Assembly (NCBI GenBank): GCA_013239625.1
Contig: MU053994.1
Span: forward strand, 1,243,775-1,307,774
Origin: Lama guanicoe
Lineage: Eukaryota
DNA: 64,000 bases
Direction of reading: 5' to 3'
Positions within the stretch are counted from its first letter, which is position 1; each line of letters starts with the position of its first letter. This document shows, one piece after another, positions 36,026-49,629 of this stretch. The notes under the pieces were generated by a model, which was given only the letters and a program-made list of their open reading frames with translations, made no database searches and was not told the DNA's origin. Both the position numbers and the translations under genes were made by a program.

Positions 36026-36269
36026 TTGATAACTGTAGGTTGAAATAAAGAGACTATCAACTAAGACTTAGAGCTCTTTTTTTTATAGAGATTTTCTTCC
36101 AGAGATACTTGTGGTAATTGAATCTGACCAGTATGAACAGTTCTTCAACAGCGTGTGAACACAGGAATAATTGATGAGGTATTTTTTGTTCATTCTGAGT
36201 ATCATTATGCCATTTCGTGACATGACTGCTATGATAATAACGGAATTAGAAGCAAGATATACTGAAATG

Positions 36270-36480
36270 AAGGCAAGAGATATTCCAGGCACCTTTACTT
36301 TTCATTTTAACTCCCACAACAATCTTATAAGGAAAAGAGTATTCACCCACTGTACAGATGTGAAAAGTGAGGTTTGGTGAGATAGCCTAACTTTCCTAGG
36401 GTCACAGAGAATTATGGGTACCACAGGGATGTGGGACCAGGCCTGCCCTACTCTCGGAGTTACATTTTTCTCCACCCTAT
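36270..36480 (-). mobile_element. MIR SINE
   Basis: TTTAACTCCCACAACAATCTTATAAGG...TACAGATGTGAAAAGTGAGG...AGGGTCACA. Confidence 0.75.
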
Positions 36481-36944
36481 TGACTTCCCAGAACAGCAGC
36501 TTTCTTAAATAAAGTGTCAGGGATGGGAAAAAACCCCTCTATTTTGGGGTCTAGATCCCTGTCAATGTCATTACTTCTAATGCTCAGTCCTTTCTCTAAG
36601 ATACTCTATCAGTTAGGTATGTTACTTGATCCCAGCTAATTTCTACTTTGCAGTAACCTCTCTGTGGCATTGATTGACCTAGTTTAGCTAGGCAGAGTTT
36701 TGTGGTTTAAATGGAAGTTGGATGAAACCTACCAGATCTAATCATGAATTAGTATCTGGAAGCCTTCCTGCCACTTGAAGCTGTTGGGCTTGATGCAGTT
36801 GTAGAACTAATACGAGAACTGCCAATGGGAGACAAATAATCTTAATAAGAGGAGACCCCTTCCTGGGAAATTTTCTAAAATTTTAAAATTCTTTCTAACA
36901 GTGCTCCCAAATCACAACACACACAATTTGAATAGTTCTTGTCA

Positions 36945-37115
36945 CCCTGTATCTTAATCTGGGACCCACAGAGGGGCTTGAGGTGGCTGTGAGGCTCTGA
37001 AAATAATACGTACTCTTTTGTGCATATGAGTTTGTTTTGGGTGGGGAGAGAATCCATGGTTTTCATCAGACTCTTAAAGGGCTCCATCAACGAAGAAAGG
37101 CTAAAACCCCTGGCT
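36945..37115. mobile_element. hAT-Charlie-like MITE
   Basis: CTTAATCTGGGACCCAC...GAATCCATGGTTTTCATCAGACTCTTAAAGGG...AAAACCCCTG. Confidence 0.55.
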
Positions 37116-37629
37116 AGTTTCGAGAAGGCTTCCTTGATCCCTGTCTCTTAGAACTAGTCCTCTTGAAGAATTTGTGACTTCTTTCCCCTTGAGGAAGGTA
37201 AACTTGGGTCTGCATCAGCCCCAGCCCTCCCAGAAGCAGCCTGGTGGAGAAGAATGTTTGAAGTCAGCAGATGTGTACTCCAGTCCCCACGGCACCACTT
37301 TTTTTGTGTTTCTGTGCAGAAGTTGCTTAACTCACAGCTGATGGTTAGCAAATAAACAGAGGTCCAGCTTTCCTGGCTGTTAAAACTTTGAAGTTCCTGG
37401 TGCTGGTTGTAAATAATTGCTTTCCCATCCTCCTGGGCCACCTTGGCTCCTGCCAGGACTTCCTTGTCATCCAGAAACTAAGAAGTTTTTGTAATTGAAG
37501 TCTGATTCTAAGTGTGGTTCAAAAGAACATACTGGTGGGCTAAACAATTGGCTGTCTTTGTAAGATCTAACCTAACATATAACTCTTCTCATTGACACAT
37601 GGATTTAAAATATGCACTTTATAGTACAC

Positions 37630-38065
37630 TCTCTTGGTGGCTGGCCTACGTCCCTTTGCACTCACTGCCCCGTACAAGTTAGTGATAACCTATGGCAGGT
37701 ACCAGAGGCTCTCTACCTGAAAGTTTTCTCTCAGGTTCTGCTGGTGGGGCTGACTGGAAGTACTTAGCTGTTAACCCCCCTGGGAGAATCCTTCAGCCAA
37801 TATTGGATGGGAGTTCATTGTAAGTACTCTACCTTCCCCTCTCTTGGGTAGGACAGTTATCCATACCATCACCCAGAGGTCCCTAACAGGGCTGAGCCCT
37901 GACTCCCCACTGTGAGATTAATGAGCCCTGTATTGGCTTCCTTCCCCCTACCTGTGTCACTTTCCCACTTCCCAACCAGTACCTCCTGGGGTCACCTCCC
38001 AAATGAACTACCTGTACCCAAATCCTTGTCTCAGGTCAGCTCCTGGGGGAACCCAGCCAAAGACA
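37630..38065 (+). mobile_element. ERVL solo LTR (LTR16-like)
   Basis: Ends GGTCACCTCCCAAATGAACTACCTGTACCCAAATCCTTGTCTCAGG...GGAACCCAGCCAAAGACA. Confidence 0.85.
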
Positions 38066-39069
38066 CACTTAAAAATAAATATTTACACATATGTTAATGT
38101 GTATGTAATATTTTATAAATGTTGAGAGAAGAAAAATTTTCATATACAATCTCCTCCCCAACATCAATAAAAAGGCAAATTGAGAAATGTGAGATTTAAT
38201 ATTCCACAGTGGGCTGTCAGCGGTTTCAAAGCCCGAAGATGTCTGATAAAACATGTAATTTATTCAACCTCATTTCCTATGATCCTCCAGTATTTGCTTA
38301 ACTGTATTAATACTGTGGGACTCATCTGCCTTAGTTGGAAACCCTCTCCTTAAATTCTTTTTTAAATTAACTAACAAAAACTTCTAACAAAAACCTCTGC
38401 TTTTGAAATGTATATCATCCAATATTTTTCTGTGCTTTGGAAGGAACATGTGGAAGGAATAGTCCCATATTTCTCATAGCATGAGACAGATTTTCCTTAC
38501 CACTTTTCTCACTCCCCTGCCTGCCCTTTATGAACTCTCCCTAGCCTTTCCTTAGCATCTATCTACTTTCCAGGAGGAACATGTAACATTTTTCATTCAT
38601 GACTTAAGTTCTGAATTACCTATGGTTGCAGGATGCTTTTTAAGATTTGGCTACAGGTACCCAAACTAGCTCACCCCTCCTAGGAAATCCATCTGTAGCT
38701 TTATATGGTTGGTGGAGCTGCTATGACTACATTAGAATTAGCACTATGCATGTGCTTTTCTAAAGGAGCCAAGAGCAACCAGAAAGGGAGATGTGGATTG
38801 GTTGGCTCTATTTCTCATTCTTTTTACACTGGAGATACCCAGGAATGGTTAATACATGGACCTTGCCTTGCCACCACACAATCCAAACAAAAGTCTTATT
38901 TAGAAGACTATAAGTTGGCAATGGCAAGAGTTTCTACAGCTCTTCTTTGGGTTACGTGCTTATGTGTTCAGGGAGAGGGGGTGAGGGGAGAGAAGTGCAT
39001 AGTATGTGGGCAGATAAGGGCCACAGTAAAGCTCTGTTCCTCTCCATCCCTGTCGTATCTACCATGGCC

Positions 39070-39509
39070 TGTCTCAGACAGCTGTCACCACGTGCTGCAT
39101 AACAAATCACCCTAAAATGCCATGGCTTAAAACAATCATTTATTTCTTGCTTGAGTGTCTGTGCATTGACTTGAGTTTAGCTGATCCAGGCTAGGTTCAG
39201 CTGGGTTTGTTTCCAGGCTGCAAGTTGGATCCAGATATGCTCCTCTGGTCTCTCACCCTCCTTGGATCTGCAGAATATATATGGTACGTTCTTTTCATGA
39301 CAGTGAGAAGTACAGGAGGGAAGGCTCATTTCAAGCCTCTGCTCATGTCCCATCTGTTAATTTCACTGGTCCAAGTCAGTCACACAGCAAAGCCCAAAGT
39401 TAAGGGGCAGAGAAGTATTCCACCCTCAGTGAGGCCATGGCAAGGTTTACATGTAGGTGTATAATAACAAAGCAGTGAAAAATTGGGGTCAATGATTTGG
39501 TCTACCAAA
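39070..39509 (-). mobile_element. MaLR LTR (MLT1-family)
   Basis: GCTGCATAACAAATCACCCTAAAA...GGCTTAAAACAATCATTTATT...CCAAGTCAGTCACACAGCAAAGCCCAAAG. Confidence 0.85.
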
Positions 39510-39559
39510 TGTTCTCATCTGGGCACCCAGCATTTTAGATAGTCCATCTAATGGCACCT

Positions 39560-39750
39560 CTGCGTGCCTTAGCATTGTGTGTTCATATTTCTGAATCTGC
39601 TACTAGACTGAGAGGCCAGGGCTAGGCTGTTTTATCTTTGAGTCCCCAGGACCTAACAAAGTACTTAGCATATAGGGCCAAAGCAGTCCAGTGTGAGCAC
39701 ATGGACACTCAGTAAATGGGGTCTTCAGAATAGAGTTGAATTGAATTGAA
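39560..39750 (+). mobile_element. L2 3' end
   Basis: TACTAGACTGAG...TTTATCTTTGAGTCCCCAGGACCTAACAAAG...TTGAATTGAA. Confidence 0.65.
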
Positions 39751-40209
39751 ACGACTTGTGGAAAGCCCTATAGAATGTGCCTTTTATCCACTCATTAGAC
39801 ATTGTCCCTTAATACAGTATGCATAAAGCATCTACAAATTTCACTTGAATCTTCTTACATTCACAGTAAGATACAATTTTAAGTCATCTATCAACTAATC
39901 TTTCTTTTAAACACAAGATACTTGAATGGCAATATACAAGAGTAATTGTGAATGTTGACTTTCCCAGTCTGAACTCATTGTTCAATTTGGTCCCCAGTTC
40001 TCTTTTTATTCCTGTTTGATAGGAACTATCACTCCTTAATAGTCAAAATTGTATAGTTTATTTTTTGGTTGTTGTTAAATTATTTTATTATGTCAAATTG
40101 GTTTCTAAACCATGCATCATTATCTATCCCGGAATGTACCTAGGACAATGATTACAGACAATTCATCCTCTCCTATCTATGTTGGTTTGCATAATCCATG
40201 CACCCTTAA

Positions 40210-40590
40210 AACTTTAATGGCTACATTTTAAAAGAGCTGACCATGTACCAGATACTGAGCTTCATCATATGTATTTTCTCCTTGGGTGACAATGAGGTTG
40301 AGGACAGGGTATACCAGGGACCTTCCCCAGCCAGGCTGTCTGATTCCAAACCCACACACTTAACCACTAGGCTATATTGCCTTGAGATCTTTAATCTCCG
40401 GAGTATTAGCAAGAGCATAGACCATGGGCAGGAGGCCTCAGCTCAAGTCCATCTCCCTTTCTGACTTCCTTTGTGAATATTGGAAAAAGATTAGACCTTT
40501 GTGAGCTTTAGTTTCTTATTTTGTAAGTAGGAACTCACAATTACCTTATCACGTGAGGGAGTTGTATGTGGAAATACTTTAGAAATGTAG
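40210..40590. mobile_element. Two MIRs back to back (- then +)
   Basis: CAGGCTGTCTGATTCCAAACCC (antisense), then GAGCTTTAGTTTCTTATTTTGTAAGTAGG (sense). Confidence 0.65.
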
Positions 40591-42071
40591 CATCTGGCTC
40601 AAATTGTAAGGAATCTTTATTGTATTCTCTTCCAGTGTTTCCTCTAAACTCCTATACTGACCATGCTTCCATCAGAAGTGATTTTGCTTCTTTGTTTCCT
40701 CTCCACATTTGCTGACAAGGCACATTTGGTCTCTTATCCTGAGAAATTTCATTTCCCTTGAGCCTTTCTATTTTGTTTGTTGAACAAACCGCACATCACT
40801 AGCAATGTCACATTTCCAGGCTTTCTTGATATTTCTTGATTAATTTCCCCCTTGTCCTTGTGGCTTCGCTGTTTTCCCAGGCTCGCCCCTCAGAGGAGCT
40901 GCAGATTGTGTCTGATTGTGTCTGCACTTGCCAAAGGCCAAATGGGAATTTGAGAGCTTCAGTTTTTTTTAAAGTTGGTATTTTATCTAATTGGCTCCAA
41001 ATACTTGATTATTTTTGAAAAGATAACAGTCTCATTAAAAAAAAAATCTTTGACCTAATTAGTCAACCTTACAGTTTCTCTTTGGGGCTTTCATCCCTCT
41101 CTCCATCTCTCAATTCCTGGGTATGTAATGGTGAGACCAAAACAACACAGTCCCTGCTTCCTGTATTTCACAGTCTCACTGTATGTGTGTGTGCATGCTT
41201 GTGTGTGTGTGTTTATGATTGAGCTGGTGCTGAGTAGTTCTACTTAACTTGTGTTGGCCTAATAAAACCACAAAAGCAAGACCTTACATGTTAATGGAGC
41301 ATTTGTGCTGAATGCACATTACTTGAGCCAAGGTTTCCTAATAATTTGAAAATAATTTGCAAAGCACTGGGAAAATTGAGCCATTGTTTGACCTGTGGTT
41401 GTGTAGGCATAATATCCTCTCTCATACTCTCAGTGCCAGTTGCAGTTTAGTTTCAGCAAAACAATATTATCCATTATTTTAAATCAATGTTGTTAATTAG
41501 AATTGCACTGGTGTTACAGTTCTAGTTACATTAATTTGTACATGTTTAACAGCTTCAAAATGTAGACAAGCTAAAATATAAGGAATCTGTGGTGTTACGT
41601 TTGCATGTAATGAGCAATATTTTAATTAAATGCTTTTATTCGAGTCAACATCTAAGAAAAAATTTTCTTCAAAAAGGTCTGTATATTACTCAAATTTGAA
41701 AAGCACAAAAGCTTCAGCTTTTTCTCTGAACCATCACCAATAGAGACAGCAGTGAAGCACCTCTGTCATTCCTACTTTTTGCTATACAGAATTATATTGT
41801 ATATGATATAGTTACCTATCATTATAAATAATAATTTATAAAAAATAATTATAAATAAAACATATATAAACACATATTACTGTATATATAACATACATGC
41901 ACACCCATGTGTTACAGTACAGAGTCACATACCCCAAAATATATACGTGTATGGTCCTTTGGGGAATGCCTTAAGAGATTTTTCATGGGAAATTGATTAT
42001 AGCTTACATACTGGATTTAGAACCCATGTATTTGATGTGTCTCAACTATTTGCATTTGTTTTGATATAAGT

Positions 42072-42685
42072 TATTGCTAATGGGAATGTAAAATAGTAGA
42101 ACCACTTTGGAAAAGTTTGGCACTTTCTTATAAAATTAAGCATAAACTTACCATAAGACCCAGCAGTCCTGCTCATAGGTATTTACTCACAAGAAATGGA
42201 AATGTGTCCACACAAAGACTTGTACACAAATGTTCATAGCAGCTTTATTCATAACAGCCAAAACTTGAAACAGCCTAAAGTTTCACCAACAAGAGAATAG
42301 TTAAAATACTCTGCTAGTTCATACAGTGGAATACTATCTAGCAATAAAAAGGAATGACTTGATGCACAAAACAACATGAATGAATCTCAAAGCCATTTTG
42401 CTGAGTGAAAGAAGCCAGACACACACAAAAAACACATACTGTGTGATTCCATTTCTATGAGCCTCTAAAAAAGATGAATCTAACTTGTAATGACAGAAAG
42501 CAATCAGTAGTTTCCTGGGGCTGGAGGCGGTATCAACTGTGAAAGAGCACAAGGAAAATTTGGAAGATTATGAAAATATTCTATATCTTGATTGTGGTGA
42601 TATATACATTTGCTAAAAGTCATGAACTGTACACTTAAATTTTTGCTTTATGTTGCTTATATTTCACAAGGTTGATTATAAAAAT
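42072..42685 (+). mobile_element. Old L1M 3' region
   Basis: GGGAATGTAAAATAGTAGAACCACTTTGGAAA...ACAAATGTTCATAGCAGCTTTATTCATAACAGCC...GCTGAGTGAAAGAAGCCAGACA. Confidence 0.9.
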
Positions 42686-43899
42686 GGAAAGCAGTTTCTA
42701 AATTGAAAATAAATGATATTGAAATTACTCATCATCAATTCTGATGCCTTTGAAAGAAATGCTATGCTTATCCCCGTGGTCCATGCACTGCTGACATTCC
42801 ACTGCCTTCCCTTTTTTGGAAGCACAGACCTGGTGCTTACCTGTCTTTTCTCAAGTGACAAAACCAGTGGCCAAGGTCAGTCTAGGACCCCTGTCACTCA
42901 GCCACAAGCCTTGTTCCTGTATTTCTCATCACCACCTTTGTAAATGGTTTCTCTGCTTTCTCAACTAATATCAAAACAGACCTTCAACTGGCTGTCCTTG
43001 GGACTAAGGTTGAAATGTTCCCCCAGTTAAATTCAGAGCTGGCACCCAAAGGGTGCTTGTATATACATGTATGTTTAAGCCTAGATTTTTCATTAGACTC
43101 ATAATTAATCTTAATTAATTTCCTGGAATCACTATTCTATGCTTGCTTTGTTTTGTGGGAGTCCTTGGGCCCAGGGAAACTTAATTCAGTGTTCCTTGTT
43201 GCTGGGTCTGTCTGGGAGCCCAGCTGTAATGGAAGCTGTTCTGACTATCATGCCCCTTGGAATGGGAAGATAAACTGCTCGGGGCGACGTGCGCCATCTT
43301 TTTCCTTCATTGCTGTCTTCTTCAGCAGGGAGGACTGCTGACAGCTGAACAGCCTGCCTCATTAGAATTCACTGGGCGAGCTGATTCTCTGTTTAAGTGA
43401 TGAGGGAATTCTTGCACCAAGGGGGTGGAGGAGAAGTTCATTGCATCAGAAAGCTGCTTTCTTCCTGCTTTGCTGTTGGGGGCAGGGAATGGCTGGTAGA
43501 CAACCTAAAATCACCTGTATGAGAGATACCAGGAAACACCAAACCCACCAAACCGTTCTTCCACCAAGAAACAGTGAAGATTATTTCCAAAGATCTGATC
43601 ATTTCATCATGTCAGACACACCATATCTTCCTTTTGAAAAATGGCGACTACACTTTATTCCCTTCAGAAAATAGAAAGCCCATGCCAAGCTGACGTTCCT
43701 TTACTCCTAAAAGCTCCATATGCACAGGAACTTTGGTCCTTCACCGAAGGGGATGGAGGAAGGGAGAGGCTGTTCTGTTAGGTCATACTGAGGCTTTAGC
43801 CTTCTGCCTGTGATAACACCATGAAAAACTCCTTTCTGCCACTGATTTGTCTGACACGGTGCAGAGCAAGACCTGGGTTTCTCCATTAGCTTCAAGCAT

Positions 43900-44030
43900 T
43901 AGCCTTCATAACTACAAGAAATCTCCAAGACCATCAAGTCAAACCCCTTTGTTTCACGAAGGAAGAAGCCAAGAGGTGACATGAAAATTCCCCCAGTTAC
44001 AGAACGGAAGACTCTGAGAGCCTTGCTGAT
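43900..44030 (-). mobile_element. Degenerate MIR
   Basis: GACCATCAAGTCAAACCCCTTTGTTTCACGAAGGAAG. Confidence 0.5.
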
Positions 44031-44361
44031 TTTTTGATCCTAAAGACCACGTTCTTCGTAGGGAAGGTTGGCCCTCTCCACAGTCACACCAGGATGATTC
44101 TAGGTTATAGACTCTAAAGCAGTTGCTCCTTTTTGATCTTAGCTAGATTTGAGCCAAGTCAGTTTATGGTATGGCAAACTGAAGAGCATGAAGGAAATGT
44201 CCAAAATGATTTCTCAGTCCTGAAGGAGTTTGAGCTTTCTTCTCTCTTTTTAAAAAGACTTTCTTCTCCTTTAACTTTCTCTTTCATTTTACCCTTTTGT
44301 TTTCAAACTAAGAAAGAAACACGTTGTTGGTTGTAAAAAATTCAGACAATAAAGAAGTGCA

Positions 44362-44842
44362 TTTTCTACCGGTTATGTATTGCTACAAAACAAACCACCC
44401 CAAAACTTAGTGGCTTAAAAAAGCAGCATGTGTTTTGCTTTCGAATCTGCAATTCAGGCAGAGACGATCTGACTCTCCACCCCAGAATGCCTGGGACCTC
44501 AGCAGGGAATGACTGGAAGACTTAGGGGCTGGTTAGGTATTTCTCTCTCTTCCCTCTTGTAGTCTCAAATCCTCTCCATGTGGTCATTTCCTGTGTGCTT
44601 TCAGCATGGTAGCCTCAGGGCAGTCAGCCTCCTTCCACGGCAACTGGCTTCCCCACAGCAAGCATCCTAAGAGACCTAGCAGAAGCTGCAAGGCTTCCCA
44701 TGACTTACCCTTGGGAGTCCCAGAACATCACTTTTCCCGAATGCTGTCTGTCAAGTAAATCACAAAGGTAAACCCAGTGCGGCAAGTGGGGCACTGATGG
44801 CAGTAGTAGCAAAGAATTTTTGACCATCTTCAATCTCCCATA
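44362..44842 (-). mobile_element. MaLR LTR (MLT1-family), inside an L1ME-like 3' fragment
   Basis: ATTGCTACAAAACAAACCACCCCAAAACTTAGTGGCTTAAA...AGAAGCTGCAAGGCTTCC; flanks AAAATTCAGACAATA and CCTAGAGGTAACTTCTGCTAACACTTTGG are L1ME-like. Confidence 0.8.
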
Positions 44843-45174
44843 TGGTTATACTTACAAATTCTGCATCACACACCTAGAGGTAACTTCTGCTAACACTTTG
44901 GTGTGCATTTGAACATGTGTATTCTCTGAAAGTATAAATACCACTATTCTGCATGTGAAATCTTTGCATTGGGATCTGGGTTAGGTTTTGTTTTTGTTTT
45001 GTAGGAATGTGGTAAGGGGTGGGAGGAGGCCATGTACTGTAAGTTCCGCAGTTCTGCTATAGGCTCCTGCTTTTCCAGACCCTAAAGCCCTGCTTCAACA
45101 GTGCAGTTCTCTCGGGAGTTTTATCTATGGCTGAGCACAAAAAAATTCACGATAAGTATTCTCAGTGGTCCTTG

Positions 45175-45560
45175 TGGTGCTTTGAGTAACTCAGAATGTT
45201 ATAATCACATATATCATCTCATTTTATCTTCCCAGCTGCCCATGAGGTCAGTACATTGTACCTGAGTGGAATTACATTGTACCTACTATTATCAGCTGAT
45301 AATGCTTCTAGCCCCCATTCTTCAGATGAGTTTAGAGAAGTTAAGTAACTCACCAATGTCACTTAACTAGTAACTGGCAAAGCTGGGCTTCAAATTCTAG
45401 TCAGCCTGATACCCAAACCCATGCCCCGAACTCCTTCCATTCATCCTAATTTTATAGAGGAAATAACTAAAGGTCAGAAAGTCATCGTCATGTTTCATTT
45501 CCCAGAGTGGATGTAACAGGCACAGAAACATGACCATCTGATTCTGATACTCTAGAGTGT
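45175..45560 (-). mobile_element. MIR SINE cluster
   Basis: CCCCATTCTTCAGATGAG...GTTAAGTAACTCACCAATGTCAC...; second copy TTTATAGAGGAAATAACTAAAGGTCAGA. Confidence 0.75.
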
Positions 45561-46464
45561 TAACCTCTCATGAAGTGTGTTTTGTGTTGCCTATAGCAAC
45601 AGCCTATTGCTGCTTCCACTTGCGGGAACTACTTCCACAGGCTTAGCATCTTGAGTAATCTAAGAGCAGTGGGAACAGTATTGAGTGGAGAGGGCTGGAA
45701 AATTCCATTGGATTTTCTAACAAACTAAAAGATAAACCTGAGAACAACTGGACCCTAAATTAGGAGTGGAACATACATAATTTAGGAAATAATTAAATTA
45801 ATCAGAGGCACAAACACAATTTCAAGCCATCATGACAGGGTGGTTTTTTTGTATTAATTGTGTCTTCCCTTCCATTAGAGCTATGAGGAAGCTCTGGATG
45901 CATCATTGGGCTAAATTTGAGACAGGTCTCCTTTATTTTTGATCACCTGTTTCTTCGCTGTGTTTTGACTTTATTCAACATTCACATGTCACCAGTTTCG
46001 TCCAGATAGAAGCTGGACTGGTCACATCCCTACTGACAGACAAGTCGAGCCACTGCTATCAGGGGGCTTTCCAGCCCTCTGTTGGCAGCTGTGCAGTGTT
46101 CAGACCAGAGACCTTTTGCTTTGTTCTGCATGGACTTCCCCAGCTGTGTTTCTATTGCCTGAGCTCTTTCTGTCCCCACGCACTCTTTCTTAAATCCATG
46201 CAGGGCTGGAGTGCAGCCACAGTCTACAAAGTAATGAACTCAGCTGGGGCCTGCTGCAAAATGCTTTCTACAAAAATGTCTGCTGCCTCTGGATGTCGAT
46301 ACATGCCCTTGGCCCATGAATGCCTGTCATTGCTAAGGTGAGGTGAATTTGGATAGCTATCTCAGGCTTCAAGAGAGAAAGAAAAACTTTAGTCCAGAAT
46401 GCTGCCTGTAAGACTTTCCTCCATTATTTGTTAATCCTTTTACCTTTAGCTTGTTCTTTTGTTA

Positions 46465-46600
46465 CTGAATTCATTCAACAAGCATTTTTTGAGGTCTTCT
46501 TCTATGCCAGAGACTGGATGAATAGACATTGGACATGTAAGTTCAAACTGAAAATGGTCCCCAGACCCATGTTCTGGGAACTTACAGCACAGTGGTGAGG
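46465..46600 (-). mobile_element. L2 3' end
   Basis: TTCATTCAACAAGCATTTTTGAGG...CTATGCCAG. Confidence 0.7.
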
Positions 46601-46639
46601 CTTCTATACTCCGGCTTTTAAGTGTTCCTTGTTCCTTTC

Positions 46640-47640
46640 CCTTTCTCTCTGCTAGTCTCTTCCCACTTCCTGTTATAGCAGAAGTTACCTCATGTAGGTA
46701 TTGCTGTTAAATTATTAAATTCTCTCTAAATTTCCATTACTGTTCTTACAAGTTATTATTATTATTATTAATTTTGCAAATTAGTGTTATTTCACATCAA
46801 GTTGATTTGTATTTATATTATCCTTTAATTTCATGATGATGTCTATTCTTTTATTTCTTTAATCATTTTCAGGATCTTTATTTATATTTTCCTTCAGATC
46901 CTTTTATTAATTTTAGTGGTCAAGCTATATTATTTCTCTTTGTTACATCTGCCAACTATTCCTTATGGTAGTTCATTTCCTTGTGTAGCTAGTCATTTAA
47001 AATTTGTTTTATTGTGAGTCTACCTTTAGATTTTGTTTCCCTCTGTGGGGGTCTCTCTAGTCTTCAGAGTAATTTCACACTCACTTTTGCCAAGGCTCTA
47101 GTGTCTCCTAGGCCCTGGATCAGTTTTTATGTTAATTTCTCAGCTTCAGTTTTCTATACACACAGGTAGCATTAACTCACACTTCACATCTATAAGAAAT
47201 AAAGGTTTAGGTTCTTGATTTTGTCATAGATGTCCTTTTTTATTTACCTTCCTAAGGTCCAGACAGACAGCAAATATCCTTATTGTTTCAGTGAGCTGGT
47301 GAACAGTGTCATTGTGTGCCCTTTTAATGGACAGGAAGGATTTCTGAGGCTCTAAGCTCTAGGCAGGTGCCTCAGTTTGAGCTTCCACTTCGCATGGGCT
47401 TGAGGCCACAGTTTCTGTGTGCAGGAGGGTGTTAAAGCCTCCATCACAGTCCCTGGGCTGAAGCTCTTGTGAGACTCCATGGCACCGTGGTATTTACTGA
47501 TCTGACTATCATTTCCCTCTTCTCATCTGAAATTTGGGGATTTTGCTTTCTTTCAGGCCAAGCTTTGTGCTTTTATAACATTTGCATGGAAATAGTACTG
47601 ATATCTAGACTTTCTATGTTTATAGCAGGAAAGTTTTCTT
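46640..47640 (-). mobile_element. Ancient L1ME/HAL1-type 5' region (tentative)
   Basis: T-rich tract, then TTTTATGTTAATTTCTCAGCTT...CACACAGGTAG, which I recall from old L1-class 5' ends. Confidence 0.5.
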
Positions 47641-48979
47641 TTATTTAGTTCATAATATTTAAAAACTTATTTTGAGTGCCTATAATATTCCAGGCACTGT
47701 GCCTATTTACCTATTGTCATCACTCAGAGCCTGTGTACTTTCTCCAACATGTTTCATTAGAAACAACAAATTAGAAGATGGGGTGGCCAATACTGCTGGA
47801 GACAGGTACAGTGACACTAGCAAATAGAGCTGATAGATGATAATAGCAAAGATTTGAGGAAAAAAGCTATTAAAAATAAACACAAACAAAAAACATGATG
47901 TTCTGGAGCCAAGTAGTGTGAACAAACCAAGCTATACATCTATATCACATGAGAGCATCATCTTATTACGTCATAATACGATAGCTGATGTTTGTAATGG
48001 TGTCCTTGTGGAGGAATCTTCCCCTAGTGGAAACTGTAGGTGCTGTTGTCACCGTATGTTTAAAGCATATTGATATTGTGTATCAGCCACCTAAGGAACT
48101 GTGAAAGCTCACACAACTAAGGTGTGGGATGGGGATTGTGTGTGGCAGTGGTGGAGAAACCTGGATGGGTTACCAGGGAGAACATGGGTGGGAGATGATC
48201 TGTTGATGATCTTTCAGTGGGCTTTGGTTGTGTTAATCATATCTGTCCTACAGAGAAACTTAGAACTAGATGTTTCCCATTACCTGGAAACTGGAATTGA
48301 ATGAAAGGCCCCCAAAGCAATACTGGACTTAAAATGAGAAGAGATGGAATTGGGAGTGGGTGGGGATAATGCTATAAAAAGGAGCCAAAAGCAGCTTCAT
48401 GGATTCTAGGGAACATGGCAGAACCTCTTTTTAAGTCTTACGCTGCCAGCAAGCCTGGGCTGGTAGCTTAAAATAATAAACAGGAAGTCCAGCTTCATCT
48501 GAGGCCAGAAGCAGCCTTGGTAATTTGCAAGTGAACACTCTTTCAAGCAATTGAAACAAGACAGACAAAAGGGGTCAAGAGGGAAGGGAATAATTCCAGA
48601 GACCAGAGGATCATTGACATCAGGGGAACAAAGACGATACCTGCCAAGGCATTGGCAACCAGCTAGGACGGTGCCTTCCTTGGCTGGAGCAAAGACCAGA
48701 GGAGGACACTCCAGGTCCAGGCTGCTGTGGAAGACATGGGTGGTGCTATGCTGAGATTGAGTGGTGTCTGGGGAGAGTGCCAAGCCTTACCCAGAGAGAA
48801 GTGAAGAAAAAGCAGCCCTGAGATGAGGCTGATTTGGCTCCAGATGAATTTTGAAAGTAGGTGAAGATTGCTTCCAGCAACTGCCTTTGCTACACCAGCT
48901 CCTGTCTCATAGGGTCCTCTCTTCCTATCCTTAGCTCAGTTCTCTCAGTCTGTCTCTGGCTGTACTAAACTCCTCCCCA

Positions 48980-49270
48980 CCTCCACCACATCACCGAAAC
49001 TGTCCTCTTAACATCACCAATGGATGCCAAATCTAGTGGAAACACCTCAGTGCTCATCTTATTTGACACTGTTCTGAGATTGGCAATGGAACTGTAGCGA
49101 GTTGAGGAGAGAATGGGAGGTGAGGGTGTGGAGATGGTAAAGGTATTTTATGTATTTTCTTCTGAGAAGGCACAAGAGAAACTTCTACCAGCATTTGGAG
49201 AACTAGGACATGGAGATTAGGGTCTTGAATTTAGCTTGGCTTTAGGTGGGGCTGCTTCCTTCCCTAAAAG
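48980..49270. mobile_element. L2 fragments in opposite orientations
   Basis: GCCAAATCTAGTGGAAACACCTCAGTGCTCATCTT (+); GAGAATGGGAGGTGAGGGTGTGGAGA (-). Confidence 0.55.
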
Positions 49271-49629
49271 TGGTGCTGGTGGGAGGAGTGAGAAATACAG
49301 TGGTGGCTAACTCTTCCTATCTGGGGAGGACAGGACTCAGAGACCACAAAGGTGTTTACTCTGCCCTCTGGCCCCAGGTGACATTAAATAATGATTTCTA
49401 TTTATGTCAATAACTTCTCATTTTTGTCTGTTACCTTATGAGGCAATAGATGGATATACATCATTGAATATTCAAGTCAGATTAAGTTATAAGTTGTTTT
49501 GAATTTCAGCTCTAAACTCTGTCACTTAACAAGGTAAGCAACCAAGTTAAACACAGGAGAGTTGGAAGTAGACTATAGGAGTTGACAGATGTATTCTACT
49601 TAGACCTGTCAACTTATATATTTACATCA

